The notes: generated by a model from the sequence alone, not told the origin. A stretch of DNA of 64,000 bases from Paraspadella gotoi (GCA_051294375.1 CM119265.1:17620081-17684080); one strand, 5' to 3'; shown: positions 1-15,064, counted from the stretch's first letter. Numbers and translations are program-made.

Positions 1-738
1 ACCATATATTTATATTTGTAAATAGCACCATCGTGAAGTTATTTAAAACAAAAAATTGCACCGTTTCTTTCCATTTCGTCGCATTTTCGTCGCATTTTCA
101 CCTCGCTTCTTTCACATTATCGCCGAAAATTCGTCGCTTCGCTGATTGCGCCAAAAATGGCATCCGAGTGCCATTTTTGGGATGAGGGGGANNNNNNNNN
201 NNNNNNNNNNNNNNNNNNNNNNNNNNNNNNNNNNNNNNNNNNNNNNNNNNNNNNNNNNNNNNNNNNNNNNNNNNNNNNNNNNNNNNNNNNNNNNNNNNNN
301 NNNNNNNNNNTTTTTTTTTTTTCTCTTCACGATATTTTTATAACCCAAATGATTTCTCAAAATTGTTTTATTATATTAATTTGTCTCTAATAATTCTACT
401 CGTATTCAGCACGATGCGAAGGATAACGAAAAATATCATCGCAGTTTTCAAACCTGTGACTTTTTATACGATTTAGACCCATTGCATTGCATTGGGCATT
501 GGGACGTTAAAATTTATTTGTTAGAATCAAAATCGTAAACATTTTCTTTACATTGTCTCCAACATCATCGTCATCATCGTCGTCGTCGTCAACGTCATTT
601 GACTTCCTTTCTTCTTCCAACCTTCCTTCCTTTTTTCTTTCGCCAAAGTTAACGCAATTTGCGCGTAAATCAATTTAGATCAATGGCGCACAATTGATCC
701 CGCTGGGGGAGGAGGAGGAGTAGGAAGAGGAGGAGGAG

Positions 739-778
<40 letters not shown>

Positions 779-1103
779 TACTCAGTTCAAAAGTCTTCGG
801 ATCTCAACCGATTTTTTTTCTTCGTGCAAGGTTTTGGGTAGCGTGGGCTTTTGCGGTCGGCGTGTGTACATATGCAAACCAAAGTATAAACAATAAAAAG
901 TATAACTGAAACAGATAAATAGATGAAATATTTTGCATAATACTAATAAAAATATGGATTATTTCTTTATTCATTTATGATTAAACAGTTATCGCCCAAC
1001 TAAACCTCATCGTCGAAGTTTCCCTCCAAGATTAAACTTTGAAAAGTCAAACGCCGGTGCTCTTTCTTCTCTCCTGATAAAAACGTCAAAGTCAATCCTA
1101 TTA

Positions 1104-1127
1104 AAGATGGCGGAAAGGGGGGGGCGG
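1104..1127 (+). promoter_or_regulatory. YY1/Pho-type motif plus GC box
   Basis: AAGATGGCGG at 1104-1113 and GGGGCGG at 1121-1127; motif match only. Confidence 0.3.
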
Positions 1128-2167
1128 TGGTGAGATTTCGAAGAAGTGCGAACGAATCTTAAATTTTCAGGTTCAAAATTCGAAAATTTCGCCGGAGTAT
1201 TATTTTTCATATTTTTTGAGATCCTTCTCGCATAAACGTCAAGTTTGCCGACGCCGGTTCACGCGACAAGACGGAAGCTGCCGCATGCATTGCAGACACT
1301 ATGTCAGATTGTCAGCGTCCGCGAGAGGCCGCGAATTTATATTTGCATAAGCATTTAAATTTGAGAGCACTTTGTTCTACACCAGTCTTGACAAAATGTA
1401 GACGTTACGGAATAGGAACTACCGCAACCCTCGAAAGAAGTTGTTGCATCCGACCTCTTGTAGCATCCGCGTCTGATGCTGCGACCGGCTCCGAAGACGT
1501 CACCGTCTTCCCCGCCAAATATGCGTTGAAAGATGCGCCCGTCGCCGAAAAGTAAGATAAATGACTTCAGACAACTTTCTTTCTTTTTTTTTCTTTCTTC
1601 ACTTTTTTCTTTTATTTTTGCGAATTTTTTTTTTTTTTTGAAAAAGAAAAAAGTAAATAAGGGTCGTCGTTTCTCGACGACGCGACTCGGAAAAGATTTT
1701 TAAGGGGCAAACGGGGTTAAATTTTTGACAGATTTCTTTTTTTTTTGGGGGGGGGTGAGATTTTATGGAGTTTTTTTACTTTGCCTTTTTTTAAGCTCAT
1801 TTATAGGCAGGAATAAAGATTATGTTAGAGGTTTTGCATTAATTTTCTTTCCGATTTTTTTTTTTATTAACCCCTTTTGTATTTTCTATTTTCTTTTGTT
1901 TACGTTGCTCTTTCGTTTTCTTCTTTTTTTCGCGCCGAGTTTGGCGCCAGTCGGAGCTCCTCTCATTACGACCCTTAATTCCACCCGAAAATAAAAAATT
2001 TTCGGTGTCGAGTTTCATCAAAATCAAAATCTGCCGAAAATTGAAAACAAAAATTTTTTTAAAGGAAATAAAATTTCAAAAAAGAAAAAAAAAATCATTT
2101 CGACTTCTCAAACTTCTTCCTTATGAAGATCAAAAATTTAATTCTATGGATTCAAAGAGATCGAAGG

Positions 2168-2243
<76 letters not shown>

Positions 2244-2370
2244 GCGCTTCGCGAAAGTGAAATGATAAACTGACAGAAAAACCTTCTATGTTTTTTTCGG
2301 AGGCGCAGGGAAACGAGTAGGCGTGTTGTCAAAACAAAAAGAAGAACTCTCTTCTCTGACTGCTCTCTTG

Positions 2371-2402
<32 letters not shown>

Positions 2403-2435
2403 ATGCTCTCATCTCTCTCTCTCTCTCTCTCTCTC

Positions 2436-2473
<38 letters not shown>

Positions 2474-2550
2474 CTCTCTCTTCTCTCTGCAATCTTCACT
2501 CTAATTTGGTCAAAGTTTCCATTTTTTTCTGTTTTCGCTTGTGTTTGCAG

Positions 2551-2801
2551 ATGAGCTCTGGCCACCATTAGGGGTCGCTAATGGCTGCCACATGACATTT
2601 GGCCGAAACTCGGTTCTGCCCCTCTCTTCTGGCCATGCTGAACTCCAAGGGCCCCATTCGGAGCTGGAGGGTGATCACCCCGCCCCTTTTCAGGCCATTG
2701 GCTCCCATTCTTTCTTTTTTTTTCGAAGCAACTCCCTGAAAGTCTTTGCTCACACTTTGCGCTCCCACGCCCCCGAGGGACCCGCCCCCTTTGAACCCTG
2801 A
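2551..2801 (+). CDS. Possible terminal exon of an unidentified gene
   Basis: Strong acceptor (ttttctgttttcgcttgtgtttgcag|) followed by one open frame, ..ELWPPLGVANGCHMTFGRNSVLP..; no recognisable homology. Confidence 0.2.
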
Positions 2802-4030
2802 AATCCTTTGCGAGTTACGAGTCTTTTCTTTTCTCGACCATATCGGCCCCTCAACCCATCCCTCCCGAGCTTCAGGTCGCGACCGCGGCTCAATTCCTTG
2901 AAAGATCTCGTATCCCGATTCACCTTTACCTCTTCTCAGCTCCTTGGTGTAGACTGTAGTAACTATTAAGAGAGTTGTTGCGAGGATTTAACTTGAAACT
3001 CGGAAAGGACCTCTCCCAATCGTCGAGGGGTTTGTCGTCACCCACCCAGAGATCATTGAGCGCTACCTTTCACCCAAAAAACGAAAAGCTCCGCGTGAAA
3101 CACCCACACACTTTCCTTCGCACGCTCCCGCACCGAAGATGGCCCGCTATGGCATTGTTTGGGTTTCGATCCATCGACCGAGAAAAGTCAAGGTCTCGAT
3201 CTTCGGGCAAAAACCGAACAGCGAGTTCAAACGAGGTTCGAACGAGGTTCGAATGGGTCTCGACGAGGTAGTAATGGCATCGAAAGGAGTTCAACTCATC
3301 GGTGATTAAACATCGACTCGTCGTCGATGCCCGGAATTTTTTTTTGTTAACGCCAAGGTCACGCGCGTGCGCGGAAAGGCGAAAAAAAAAGCGCCTGACG
3401 ATTTTTCGACTCTGCTTCAAGTATTGAAGGAAACGCCTTCTTCAAGAGAGTCTGTAAGTAAAGTGTATGACATACATATACTGTATGTATTATTAAGTCC
3501 TCTACGGATCACTGTTTTTTTGTTACTTCACTATTAATCGATTAATGGTGAAGTTTTATTGACTTAATAAGTCGCCCTTCGTTACTCAACCTTCTGAACC
3601 GGACCTGACCCACCCGCCACGCCCCTCAGCCTCACCAACCTCACTCTCTCTCCGCCGACTTCCGCTTCTTTATTCTCGGCCTTCGCGTCTTCTTATTCCT
3701 TTTCGACCCTTAAACAGAGAGTCGAGCCACAAATGGAGGATTTAGCCCGAGCAAATAAACCCCGCCGAGCCGGGTCCGGGGGGCGGAAGGGGGGAGGGCT
3801 ATAGAAGGCCCCGGTCTAAGAGAGATAACGTAGAAAGGAGAACTGGAGAGTTTCGATCTTCGTGGTGGGAACTTTATGAACGGCGACGTTTTTGAAAATT
3901 TTATTCCGGAGATGATTGAGTTTTTGAGTTTTACTTTCCGGTCTTGAAGAAAAACGGTGAGTGCGAAATGAAAGCTTGCCCTAAACCACTTCCACTATAT
4001 TTTGTCAGAGACTCCATCAAACGCTTTTAC

Positions 4031-4151
<121 letters not shown>

Positions 4152-4812
4152 CTCGATGTCCGGAAATTGACCCCATAATTGATGTTCCTGGAAAAGGTGA
4201 TGTCACATCCGTTGACCTTTTTAAACTCGGGTGAGGAGGTCAGAAAAATGCCGACCAACGAAAACTCTCGGCGACTCGCGTCTGGTTCGGCCATTAAGAG
4301 GAAAGTAGAGGGAAGAAGGACGAGAGGGAAAGAGAGGTTGGACGTGTTGAGAGATAGGTTAGAAGATGGCAGTTAGTCACAATAAATCAATGATAAAAAA
4401 TTGGATAAATATATTCAAATGAGGGCCGAAAATTTATTCGGTCTTTGCATACCAGAAGAAAAAAATTAAAGTAGTAGGAGTGATAATTTATTCACGATGA
4501 AATAGCACAGTACTTCGAAGACTTCTGCCTTCCGCTGATTTCATGTTTGCATATTGCATGTTTGCGTATACTGACCAAATATTGTTATGTAACAAAACGG
4601 AAAGACAACCTTCACATACATATTAATTATAATAGTAATTATATCCGCTTCCGGACACTGGACAAGTGAACACTGGACAGTTGACATTGTCCAGTGGAAA
4701 ATCAAGAGATAAGATAAGACAGAAAAGGTTCGGCTAAAACAGAGAAGACAGACAGACAAAGTCCTCTCCCTCGACGGAGGTGGCGACATAGGTGAGAAGA
4801 GGTTAAGCTTCC

Positions 4813-4920
<108 letters not shown>

Positions 4921-7529
4921 CTTCCTTCTCCGACCGCGAGGGGCGTTGAAGAGTCGACCTCCTTTTTTTCCTTCGGGTTTTTTCCTTCAGTTGACCTTTT
5001 GTCTCCTTTTGAGATTTTAGGTCGAAAAAGATTTCAATCATCGCCCGAAAGGGGAAGCGGGGGCAGGAAGAGGGAGGTCGCTGAAGTCGGAGTATGGCTT
5101 GTGTGTCGTAAGGCTTTCCCTCATTTCATTTACATTTTATTCTGTTCAATTTGCTCAAGATGGAAAACTCGGTATCATCTTTATTAGGTGGACTCAGGTG
5201 ACTGCGTCGCAGTGTCGTCTCGCATTCTCAATTACATTTAATTTCGAATTATGAGAAAATACCAAATCTTCCATTCAAAAAACTTTTCACATTGAGTCAG
5301 ATAGCAATGAAAGGACCAAAGATCGGTTGAGGTCATAAGTCTCAATCTCAAGAAAAAAAACTCATTTGAAGTAAAAATCCTGAATTCCATCGAATGCGAA
5401 ATGAAATTGGTTTAAAAGAATGAATGAATGTCAAAGAAGAATCGATGTTTACATAACCATGAAAAATCATTTCGTATCAAGAGATAAAATATGTTCCAAA
5501 CTCGCTCGCTCCCTTCACACGTCTTCATCACTTCACACCAGAGTCCCTATTTCCCTAAAGCCCAAAGGTCCTTCCGGTCAATCCCCATCTCCTCTCGAGG
5601 CCAATCCCTAACCCCAGTTTTCCCAGACCTCGAATGGCCCTCGAATGTTGGGTCAGACTCAGCAAATAATAGGCTCCCATTTTCCGAGCGATTCTCGTCC
5701 ACTTCGTGGGGCCACGACGACGACCATGACGACGACGCCGCTGACGACGCCCGTTTTTCTCGTTGGGTCCAGCGTATTCGTTGGAAATGACGCCGGGACT
5801 TTCTCCAAGATCGGCGCCGACAACTTGCGCCTTTTCGCAGAAGGTGGAAGGAGATTCAAAACGTTATTGACAAACAAAAAATAAACTCTATATATATACT
5901 ATTATTCAATGTTAAATCATTCTTCTTTAAGTTCACATTCCTCTACAGACCGCGAACGGTTCACCCTGTCGTGAGGATCTCTAGTCGGGTCTTGATGGCT
6001 CACTTCACCCTTTTGTCAATCACCCTTCCTCTTACTCTTCCTCCTCTCCTAGACTTTGCCCGTTAATCTTCCTCCCGCTCTTTCCTTTTCTCTCTCTGGA
6101 CGAATCTGGGGTCCGAGAGTGGAGGAATCCATATGTCTTTTGTTCCGAGTCCGACCACCTCATTTCCTCCTTTTCTTTCCTCTCCCTGTCTTTCCTATTT
6201 CTTCTCCTTTCCTCCCTTCTTCCATCTCTCCCGCCTCCCCGCCTCTTTTGTTGATTTATGTGATTTGAGGCCGAAGGATTTCACTCGTGGTTGATAGCCT
6301 CCCCCTCACCCGGCCTCCTCCTCCTCCTCCTCCTCCTCCTCTTTCCAAGGCTAATTACAACAACACAGAGTTTTAGTCGCGAATCCATTAAAGAAATGAA
6401 GGTCAGCCTCTTTGTAATTGTAGGCAACTTGGGCGCGACACAGCCGAGGGGGTGAGCGGAAAGGTAGGGCGGTTGGGGAGTAGGTGGTAAAAGTGGGGGA
6501 CATGGTTAAGAACGGAATTGGTGGAGATGTGCTGACTAGTCACGGCTAAGGGTTTGAAGGACTTGTTAAGATTGTAGTGATATCACCCATGGTATAATTA
6601 CAACTTCCATTATGAACCAAAATCCTTTTCAAAAAGTGAAAGATGGCAACGTTTACATTCTGCTTATCGTTTACTAACCGGCGCTCATTTCTCGTCAATC
6701 ATTCGCGAAGGGAAAGCGGAGGAGATCCCTCGTCGAATACAAGCAATTCCTAATCGTTTACAAGCAATAACTAACCGTTTAAAAGCAAAAGTAATTGAAT
6801 TCCTTGACGACAGAGGGTGAAATTAGGATTTACAAATGTATGTAAAGGAAAAAAGTTATGCCTATGCCTGTGGCTAGANNNNNNNNNNNNNNNNNNNNNN
6901 NNNNNNNNNNNNNNNNNNNNNNNNNNNNNNNNNNNNNNNNNNNNNNNNNNNNNNNNNNNNNNNNNNNNNNNNNNNNNNNNNNNNNNNNNNNNNNNNNNNN
7001 NNNNNNNNNNNNNNNNNNNNNNNNNNNNNNNNNNNNNNNNNNNNNNNNNNNNNNNNNNNNNNNNNNNNNNNNNNNNNNNNNNNNNNNNNNNNNNNNNNNN
7101 NNNNNNNNNNNNNNNNNNNNNNNNNNNNNNNNNNNNNNNNNNNNNNNNNNNNNNNNNNNNNNNNNNNNNNNNNNNNNNNNNNNNNNNNNNNNNNNNNNNN
7201 NNNNNNNNNNNNNNNNNNNNNNNNNNNNNNNNNNNNNNNNNNNNNNNNNNNNNNNNNNNNNNNNNNNNNNNNNNNNNNNNNNNNNNNNNNNNNNNNNNNN
7301 NNNNNNNNNNNNNNNNNNNNNNNNNNNNNNNNNNNNNNNNNNNNNNNNNNNNNNNNNNNNNNNNNNCAATTGTACATTGCTCGGTTCAGTGGAACCAGAA
7401 AGAACGAAAGTGAGACAAAGAAATAATCGATATTCGCGGTGGTTTGAGGTAGTAGCATCTCTCGACTCAGCGACCTTCTCAAAACTTCTCCCGCTGATTC
7501 GATCNNNNNNNNNNNNNNNNNNNNNNNNN

Positions 7530-8741
7530 TCGGCCCCTCAACCCATTCCCCCCGAGCTTCAGGGTCGCGACGCGGCTCAATTCCTTGAAAGATCTGTATC
7601 CCGATTCACACTTTACCTCTTCTCAGCTCCTTGGTGTAGACTGTAGTAACTATTAAGAGAGTTGTTGCGAGGATTTCAACTTGAAACTCGGAAGGACCTC
7701 GCCCAATCGTCGAGGGGGTTTGTCGTCACCCACCCAGAGATCATTGAGCGCTACCTTTACCCCAAAAACGAAAAGCTCCGCGTGAAACACCCCACACACT
7801 TTCCTTCGCACGCTCCCGCACCGAAGATGGCCCGCTATGGCATTGTTTGGGTTTCGATCCATCGACCGAGAAAAGTCAAGGTCTCGATTCCTCGGGCAAA
7901 AACCGAACAGCGAGTTCAAACGAGGTTCGAACGAGTTCGAATGGGTCTCGAGAGGTAGTAATGGCATCGAAAGGAGTTCAAGCTCATCGTGATTAAAACA
8001 TCCGGACTCGTCGTCGATGCCCGGAATTTTTTATTGTTAACGCCAAGGTCACGCGCGTGCGCGGAAGGCGAAAAAAAAAAAAAAGCCGCCTGACGATTTT
8101 TCGACTCTGCTTCAAGTATTGAAGGAAACGCTTCTTCAAGAGAGTCTTGTAAAGTAAGTGTATGACATACATATACTAGATGTATTATTAAGTCCTCTAC
8201 GGATCACTGTTTTTTTTTACTGCACTATTAATCGATTAATGGTGAAGTTTTATTGACTTAATAAGTCGCCCTTCGTTACTCAACCTTCTGAAACCGGACC
8301 TGACCCACCCGCCACGCCCTCAGCCTCACCAACTCACTCTCTCTCCGCCGACTTCCGCTTCTTTATTCTCGGCCTTCGCGTCTCTTATTCCTTTTCGACC
8401 CTTAAACAGAGAGTCGAGCCACATGGAGGATTTAGCCCGAGCAAATAAACCCCGCCGAGCCGGGTCCGGGGGGCGGAAGGGGGAGGGCTATAGAAGCCCC
8501 GGTCTAAGAGAGATACGTAGAAAGAGACTGGAGAGTTTCGATCTCGTGGTGGGAACTTTATGAACGGCGACGTTTTGAAAATTTTATTCCGGAGATGATT
8601 GAGTTTTTGAGTGTTACTTTCCGGTCTTGAAGAAAAACGGTGAGTGCGAAAATGAAAGCTTGCCCTAAACACTTCCACTATATTTTGTCAGAGACTCCAT
8701 CAAACGCTTTTACTCCTTTCTCTCTCTCTCTCGTCTCTCTC

Positions 8742-8821
<80 letters not shown>

Positions 8822-9482
8822 TCCTCGATGTCCGGAAATTGACCCATAATTGATGTTCCTGGGGAAAAAGGTGATGTCACTCCGTTGACCTTTTTAAACT
8901 CGGGTGAGGAGGTCAGAAAAATGCCGACCAACGAAAACTCCTCGGCGACTCGCGTCTGGTTCGGCCATTAAGAGGAAAGTAGAGGGAAGAAGGACGAGAG
9001 GAAAGAGAGGTTGGACGTGTGAGAGATAGGTTAGAAGATGGCAGTTAGTCACAATAAATCAATTATAAAAATGGATAAATATATTCCAAAGAGGGCCGAA
9101 AATTTTATTCGGTCTTTGCATACCAGAAAGAAAAAATTAAAGTAGTAGGAGTGATAATTTATTCACGATGAAATGACAGTACTTCGAAGACTTCTGCCTC
9201 CGCTGATTTCATGTTTGCATATTGCATGTTTGCGTATTACTGACCAAATATGGTTTATGTAACAAAACGGAAAGACACACCTTCACATACATATTAATTT
9301 ATAATAGTAATATATCCGCTTCCGGACACTGGACAAGTGAACACTGGACAGTTGACATTGTCCAGTGGAAAATTAAGAGATAACATAAGACAGAAAAGTT
9401 CGGCTAAACAGCAGAGAAGACAGACAGACAAAGTCCTCTCCCTCGACGGAGTGGGACATAGGTGAGAAGAGGTTAAGCTTCC

Positions 9483-9523
<41 letters not shown>

Positions 9524-9529
9524 AGAGAT

Positions 9530-9592
<63 letters not shown>

Positions 9593-11546
9593 AGAGAGAA
9601 GAGAGAGAGGTCTTTTCCTTCTCCGACCGCGAGGGGCGTTGAAGAGTCGACCTCCTTTTTTCCTTCGGGTTTTTTCTTCAGTTGACTTTTTTCTCCTTTT
9701 GAGATTTAGGTTCGAAAAAGATTTCAATCATCGCCCGAAAGGGAAGCGGGGCAGGAAGAGGAGGTCGCTGAAGTCGGAGTATGGCTTGTGTGTCGTAAGG
9801 CTTTCCCATTTCATTTACATTTTATTCTGTTCAATTTGCTCAGATGGAAAACTCGGTATCATCTTTATTAGGTGGACTCAGGTGACTGCGTCGCCAGTGT
9901 CGCTCGCATTCTCAATTACATTTAATTCGAATTATGAGAAATACCAATCTTCCATTCAAAAAACTTTTCACATTGAGTCAGATAGCAATGAAAGGACCAA
10001 AGATCGGTTTGAGTATAAGTCTCAATCTCAGAAAAAAAACTCATTTGACAGTAAAAATCCTGATTCCATCCGAATGCGAAATGAAATTGGTTTAAAAGAA
10101 ATGAATGATGTCAAAAGAAGAATCGATGTTTACATAACCATGAAAAATCATTTCGTATCAAGAGATAAAATATGTTCCAAACTCGCTCGCTCCCTTCACA
10201 CGTCTTCATCACTTCACACCAGAGTCCCTATTTCCCTAAAGCCCAAAGGTCTTCCGGTAATCCCATCTCCTCTCGAGGCAATCCCTAACCCAGTTTCCCC
10301 GACTCGAATGGCCCTCGAATGTTGGGTCAGACTCAGCAAATAATAGGCTCCCATTTTCCGAGCGATTCTCGTCCACTTCGTGGGGCACGACGACGACCAT
10401 GACGACGACGCCGCTGACGACGCCCGTTTTTCTCTTTGGGTCCAGCGTATTCGTGGAAATGAACGCCGGGCTTTCTCCAAGATCGGCGCCGACAACTTGC
10501 GCCTTTTCGCAGAAGGTGGAAGGAAGATTCAAAACGTATTGACAAACAAAAAAATAACATCTATATATATACTATTATTCAATGTTAAATCATTCTTCTT
10601 TAAGTTCACATTTCCTCTACAGACCGCAACGGTTCACAGCCTGTCGTGAGGATCTCTAGTCGGGTCTTGATGGCCACTTCCCCAACCTTTTTCAATCACC
10701 TCCTCTTACTCTTCCTCTCTCCTAGACTTTGCCCGATTAATCTTCCTCCCGCTCTTTCCTTTTTCTCTCTCTGGACGAATTTGGGTCCGAGAATTGGAGG
10801 AATCCATGATTCTTTTGTTCCGAGTCCGACCACCTCATTTCCTCCTTTTCTTTCACATGTCTCTATTTCTTCTTCCTTTCTCCCTTCTTCCATCTCTCCC
10901 GCCTCCCCGCCTCTGTTTGGTTGATTTACTGTGATTTGAGGCCGAAGGATTTCACTCGTGGTTGATAGCCTCCCCCTCACCCGGCCTCCTCCTCCTCTCC
11001 TCCTCTCCTCTTTCAAAGGCTAATTACAACACACAGAGTTTTAGTCGCGAATCATTAAAGAAATGAAGGTCAGCCTCTTGTAATTGTAGGCACTTGGGCG
11101 CGACACAGCCGAGGGGGTGAGCGGAAAGGTAGGGCGGTTGGGGAGTAGGTGGTAAAAGTGGGGGACATGGTTAAGAACGGAATTGGTGGAGATGTGCTGA
11201 CTAGTCACGGCTAAGGGTTTGAAGGACTTGTTAAGATTGTAGTGATATCACCCTGGTATAATTACAACTTCCATTATGAACCAAAATCCTTTTCAAAAGT
11301 GAAAGATGGCAACGTTTACATTCCTGCTTATCGTTTACTAACCGGCGCTATTTCTCGTCAATCATTCGCGAAGGGAAAGCGGAGGAGATCCCTCGTCGAA
11401 TACAAGCAATTCCTAATCGTTTACAAGCAATAAACTAACCGTTTAAAAGCAAAAGTAATGAATTCCTTGACGACAGAGGGTGAATTAGGATTTACAAATG
11501 TATGTAAGCGGAAAAAAGTTATGCCTATGCCTGTGGCTAGAGAGAG

Positions 11547-11624
<78 letters not shown>

Positions 11625-12976
11625 TGGACGGAAGGAATTGGCTTAGGGGCCAAAAGGCGAGGCGAAGGAGCGTTGGACGAAATTGGATTTGATTGGTGCC
11701 TTCGGTTGCACTCGCGAGCGCGGCGGTGGCGGATGACTCGGAAGTGGTGGGTGGAAGATGGGACGATGGTGGTGGCGGTTTGGATGATGCGCGGGGAGGA
11801 GGAGGGTATATGAGAGCGGTCTGGGCGGACGCCATCATGCTGAGGATGACGGCCACTATCAATCTCTCGCCAAGTCGCCGCTCGAGATTGTTTTGGACGC
11901 GAAAAAGAGTCGAAGACCACGAAGACCAGACGGCGCGACAGAATTTTCGCAGATGAGGCGAACTTTGAGCACTGAGCTGTTGGACGTTCGAGACTCCGTG
12001 ACGATGGAGGAGACGAGAGATAGAGAGATGGAGAGAACGAGAGAGAAGAAGAGAGGTAGAGAGCACGAGAGATGAGAGAGAGAAGGAGAGCAGAAAATGA
12101 CCGAAATTGACCGGAGAGAGAGAGAGAGCGAGAGAGAGAGGACGACGAGAGGAAGAGATGTAGGAGTAGAGAGACGCGCGTTGGAGTGAGAGAGAAGGCA
12201 GAGGATGCAGAGAGAGAGAGAGAGAAGAGAATCATCTTGGAGGTCCAGAGTCGTCCCACCCGTCATCGAGTCAAGGTCGACGAGTACGTTTAAACTTTGG
12301 AGATCGAATTACACACGGTTGGACCAGTCAACAAGTTGTTACATTGCTCGGTTCAGTGAACAAGAAAGAACGAAAGTGAGACAAAAGAAATAAATCGATA
12401 TTCGCGGTGCGTTTGAGGTAGTAGCATCTCATCGACTCAAGCGACCCTTCTTCAAAACTTCTCCCGCTGATTCGATCCGGGTCACCACCCCCGCCGACCC
12501 CGCCGACCCCTCTAACCCTGACGCAGCCCCGACACCCCACTCTCCCCCTTCCCTCGAAGACGACTCGGGGATCATCCCGAGCAAAATATGACGTCATAAA
12601 TGGGATTAGAGGAGTTCCATTTGTCAAGCCGGGCGGAATCGCGGGTGCCATCTCCGCCGAGTCTTTTCCTTTTGAGAGTCCAACGCGTCACGTCGCGGAG
12701 AAGGCTGGACTAGCGGACCGTTGAGAGTACGATTTGGTGACTTCATGAAGAGGAAAAGAACCATAGTGAGAGCTTGAACGATGGATATTTAACAAGGGAA
12801 TGCGTTTTAATTAGGCTTTTATTGTCTCAATTTAAACATACGTACATTGTACATTTTAGAATGGCGCTTAAAAGGTCGAGCAAAGCGACGAAGGGAGTCG
12901 AGTCGACATTTCAGAGTCCTCTCTCCGAAATAGTCACGTGACCACGAATTCCGCTGGCGAGTGACACAAAGAAAGA
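7530..12976 (+). repeat. Tandem triplication, copy B
   Basis: Bounded by 25-N gaps on both sides; the ORF track repeats at an offset of exactly 5472 bp in copy C. Confidence 0.97.
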
Positions 12977-13001
12977 NNNNNNNNNNNNNNNNNNNNNNNN
13001 N

Positions 13002-14213
13002 TCGGCCCCTCAACCCATTCCCCCCGAGCTTCAGGGTCGCGACGCGGCTCAATTCCTTGAAAGATCTGTATCCCGATTCACACTTTACCTCTTCTCAGCT
13101 CCTTGGTGTAGACTGTAGTAACTATTAAGAGAGTTGTTGCGAGGATTTCAACTTGAAACTCGGAAGGACCTCGCCCAATCGTCGAGGGGGTTTGTCGTCA
13201 CCCACCCAGAGATCATTGAGCGCTACCTTTACCCCAAAAACGAAAAGCTCCGCGTGAAACACCCCACACACTTTCCTTCGCACGCTCCCGCACCGAAGAT
13301 GGCCCGCTATGGCATTGTTTGGGTTTCGATCCATCGACCGAGAAAAGTCAAGGTCTCGATTCCTCGGGCAAAAACCGAACAGCGAGTTCAAACGAGGTTC
13401 GAACGAGTTCGAATGGGTCTCGAGAGGTAGTAATGGCATCGAAAGGAGTTCAAGCTCATCGTGATTAAAACATCCGGACTCGTCGTCGATGCCCGGAATT
13501 TTTTATTGTTAACGCCAAGGTCACGCGCGTGCGCGGAAGGCGAAAAAAAAAAAAAAGCCGCCTGACGATTTTTCGACTCTGCTTCAAGTATTGAAGGAAA
13601 CGCTTCTTCAAGAGAGTCTTGTAAAGTAAGTGTATGACATACATATACTAGATGTATTATTAAGTCCTCTACGGATCACTGTTTTTTTTTACTGCACTAT
13701 TAATCGATTAATGGTGAAGTTTTATTGACTTAATAAGTCGCCCTTCGTTACTCAACCTTCTGAAACCGGACCTGACCCACCCGCCACGCCCTCAGCCTCA
13801 CCAACTCACTCTCTCTCCGCCGACTTCCGCTTCTTTATTCTCGGCCTTCGCGTCTCTTATTCCTTTTCGACCCTTAAACAGAGAGTCGAGCCACATGGAG
13901 GATTTAGCCCGAGCAAATAAACCCCGCCGAGCCGGGTCCGGGGGGCGGAAGGGGGAGGGCTATAGAAGCCCCGGTCTAAGAGAGATACGTAGAAAGAGAC
14001 TGGAGAGTTTCGATCTCGTGGTGGGAACTTTATGAACGGCGACGTTTTGAAAATTTTATTCCGGAGATGATTGAGTTTTTGAGTGTTACTTTCCGGTCTT
14101 GAAGAAAAACGGTGAGTGCGAAAATGAAAGCTTGCCCTAAACACTTCCACTATATTTTGTCAGAGACTCCATCAAACGCTTTTACTCCTTTCTCTCTCTC
14201 TCTCGTCTCTCTC

Positions 14214-14293
<80 letters not shown>

Positions 14294-14954
14294 TCCTCGA
14301 TGTCCGGAAATTGACCCATAATTGATGTTCCTGGGGAAAAAGGTGATGTCACTCCGTTGACCTTTTTAAACTCGGGTGAGGAGGTCAGAAAAATGCCGAC
14401 CAACGAAAACTCCTCGGCGACTCGCGTCTGGTTCGGCCATTAAGAGGAAAGTAGAGGGAAGAAGGACGAGAGGAAAGAGAGGTTGGACGTGTGAGAGATA
14501 GGTTAGAAGATGGCAGTTAGTCACAATAAATCAATTATAAAAATGGATAAATATATTCCAAAGAGGGCCGAAAATTTTATTCGGTCTTTGCATACCAGAA
14601 AGAAAAAATTAAAGTAGTAGGAGTGATAATTTATTCACGATGAAATGACAGTACTTCGAAGACTTCTGCCTCCGCTGATTTCATGTTTGCATATTGCATG
14701 TTTGCGTATTACTGACCAAATATGGTTTATGTAACAAAACGGAAAGACACACCTTCACATACATATTAATTTATAATAGTAATATATCCGCTTCCGGACA
14801 CTGGACAAGTGAACACTGGACAGTTGACATTGTCCAGTGGAAAATTAAGAGATAACATAAGACAGAAAAGTTCGGCTAAACAGCAGAGAAGACAGACAGA
14901 CAAAGTCCTCTCCCTCGACGGAGTGGGACATAGGTGAGAAGAGGTTAAGCTTCC

Positions 14955-14995
<41 letters not shown>

Positions 14996-15001
14996 AGAGA
15001 T

Positions 15002-15064
<63 letters not shown>

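Noticed and set aside
1240-1556. Complex GC-moderate stretch ending in a donor-like AA|GTAAGA
   Set aside because: No convincing frame or RNA-gene signature; cannot distinguish an exon from noisy fill.
2975-3420. ~100-aa ORFs on both strands, repeated in each copy
   Set aside because: Frames shift between copies, no identifiable homology, strand cannot be decided.
6817-7646. Long ORFs containing X runs (also at 45-46 kb and 53-58 kb)
   Set aside because: Open only because they cross N-gaps.
9639-10343. 234-aa ORF in copies B and C
   Set aside because: Frame is broken in copy A, start is not ATG, no recognisable domain; probably depends on indel errors.
12415-12425. TGAGGTAGTAG, matching the first 11 nt of let-7 (also ~7445 and ~17886)
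   Set aside because: Continues CATCTC rather than GTTGTATAGT; no star arm; no miR-100 or miR-125 neighbours seen.
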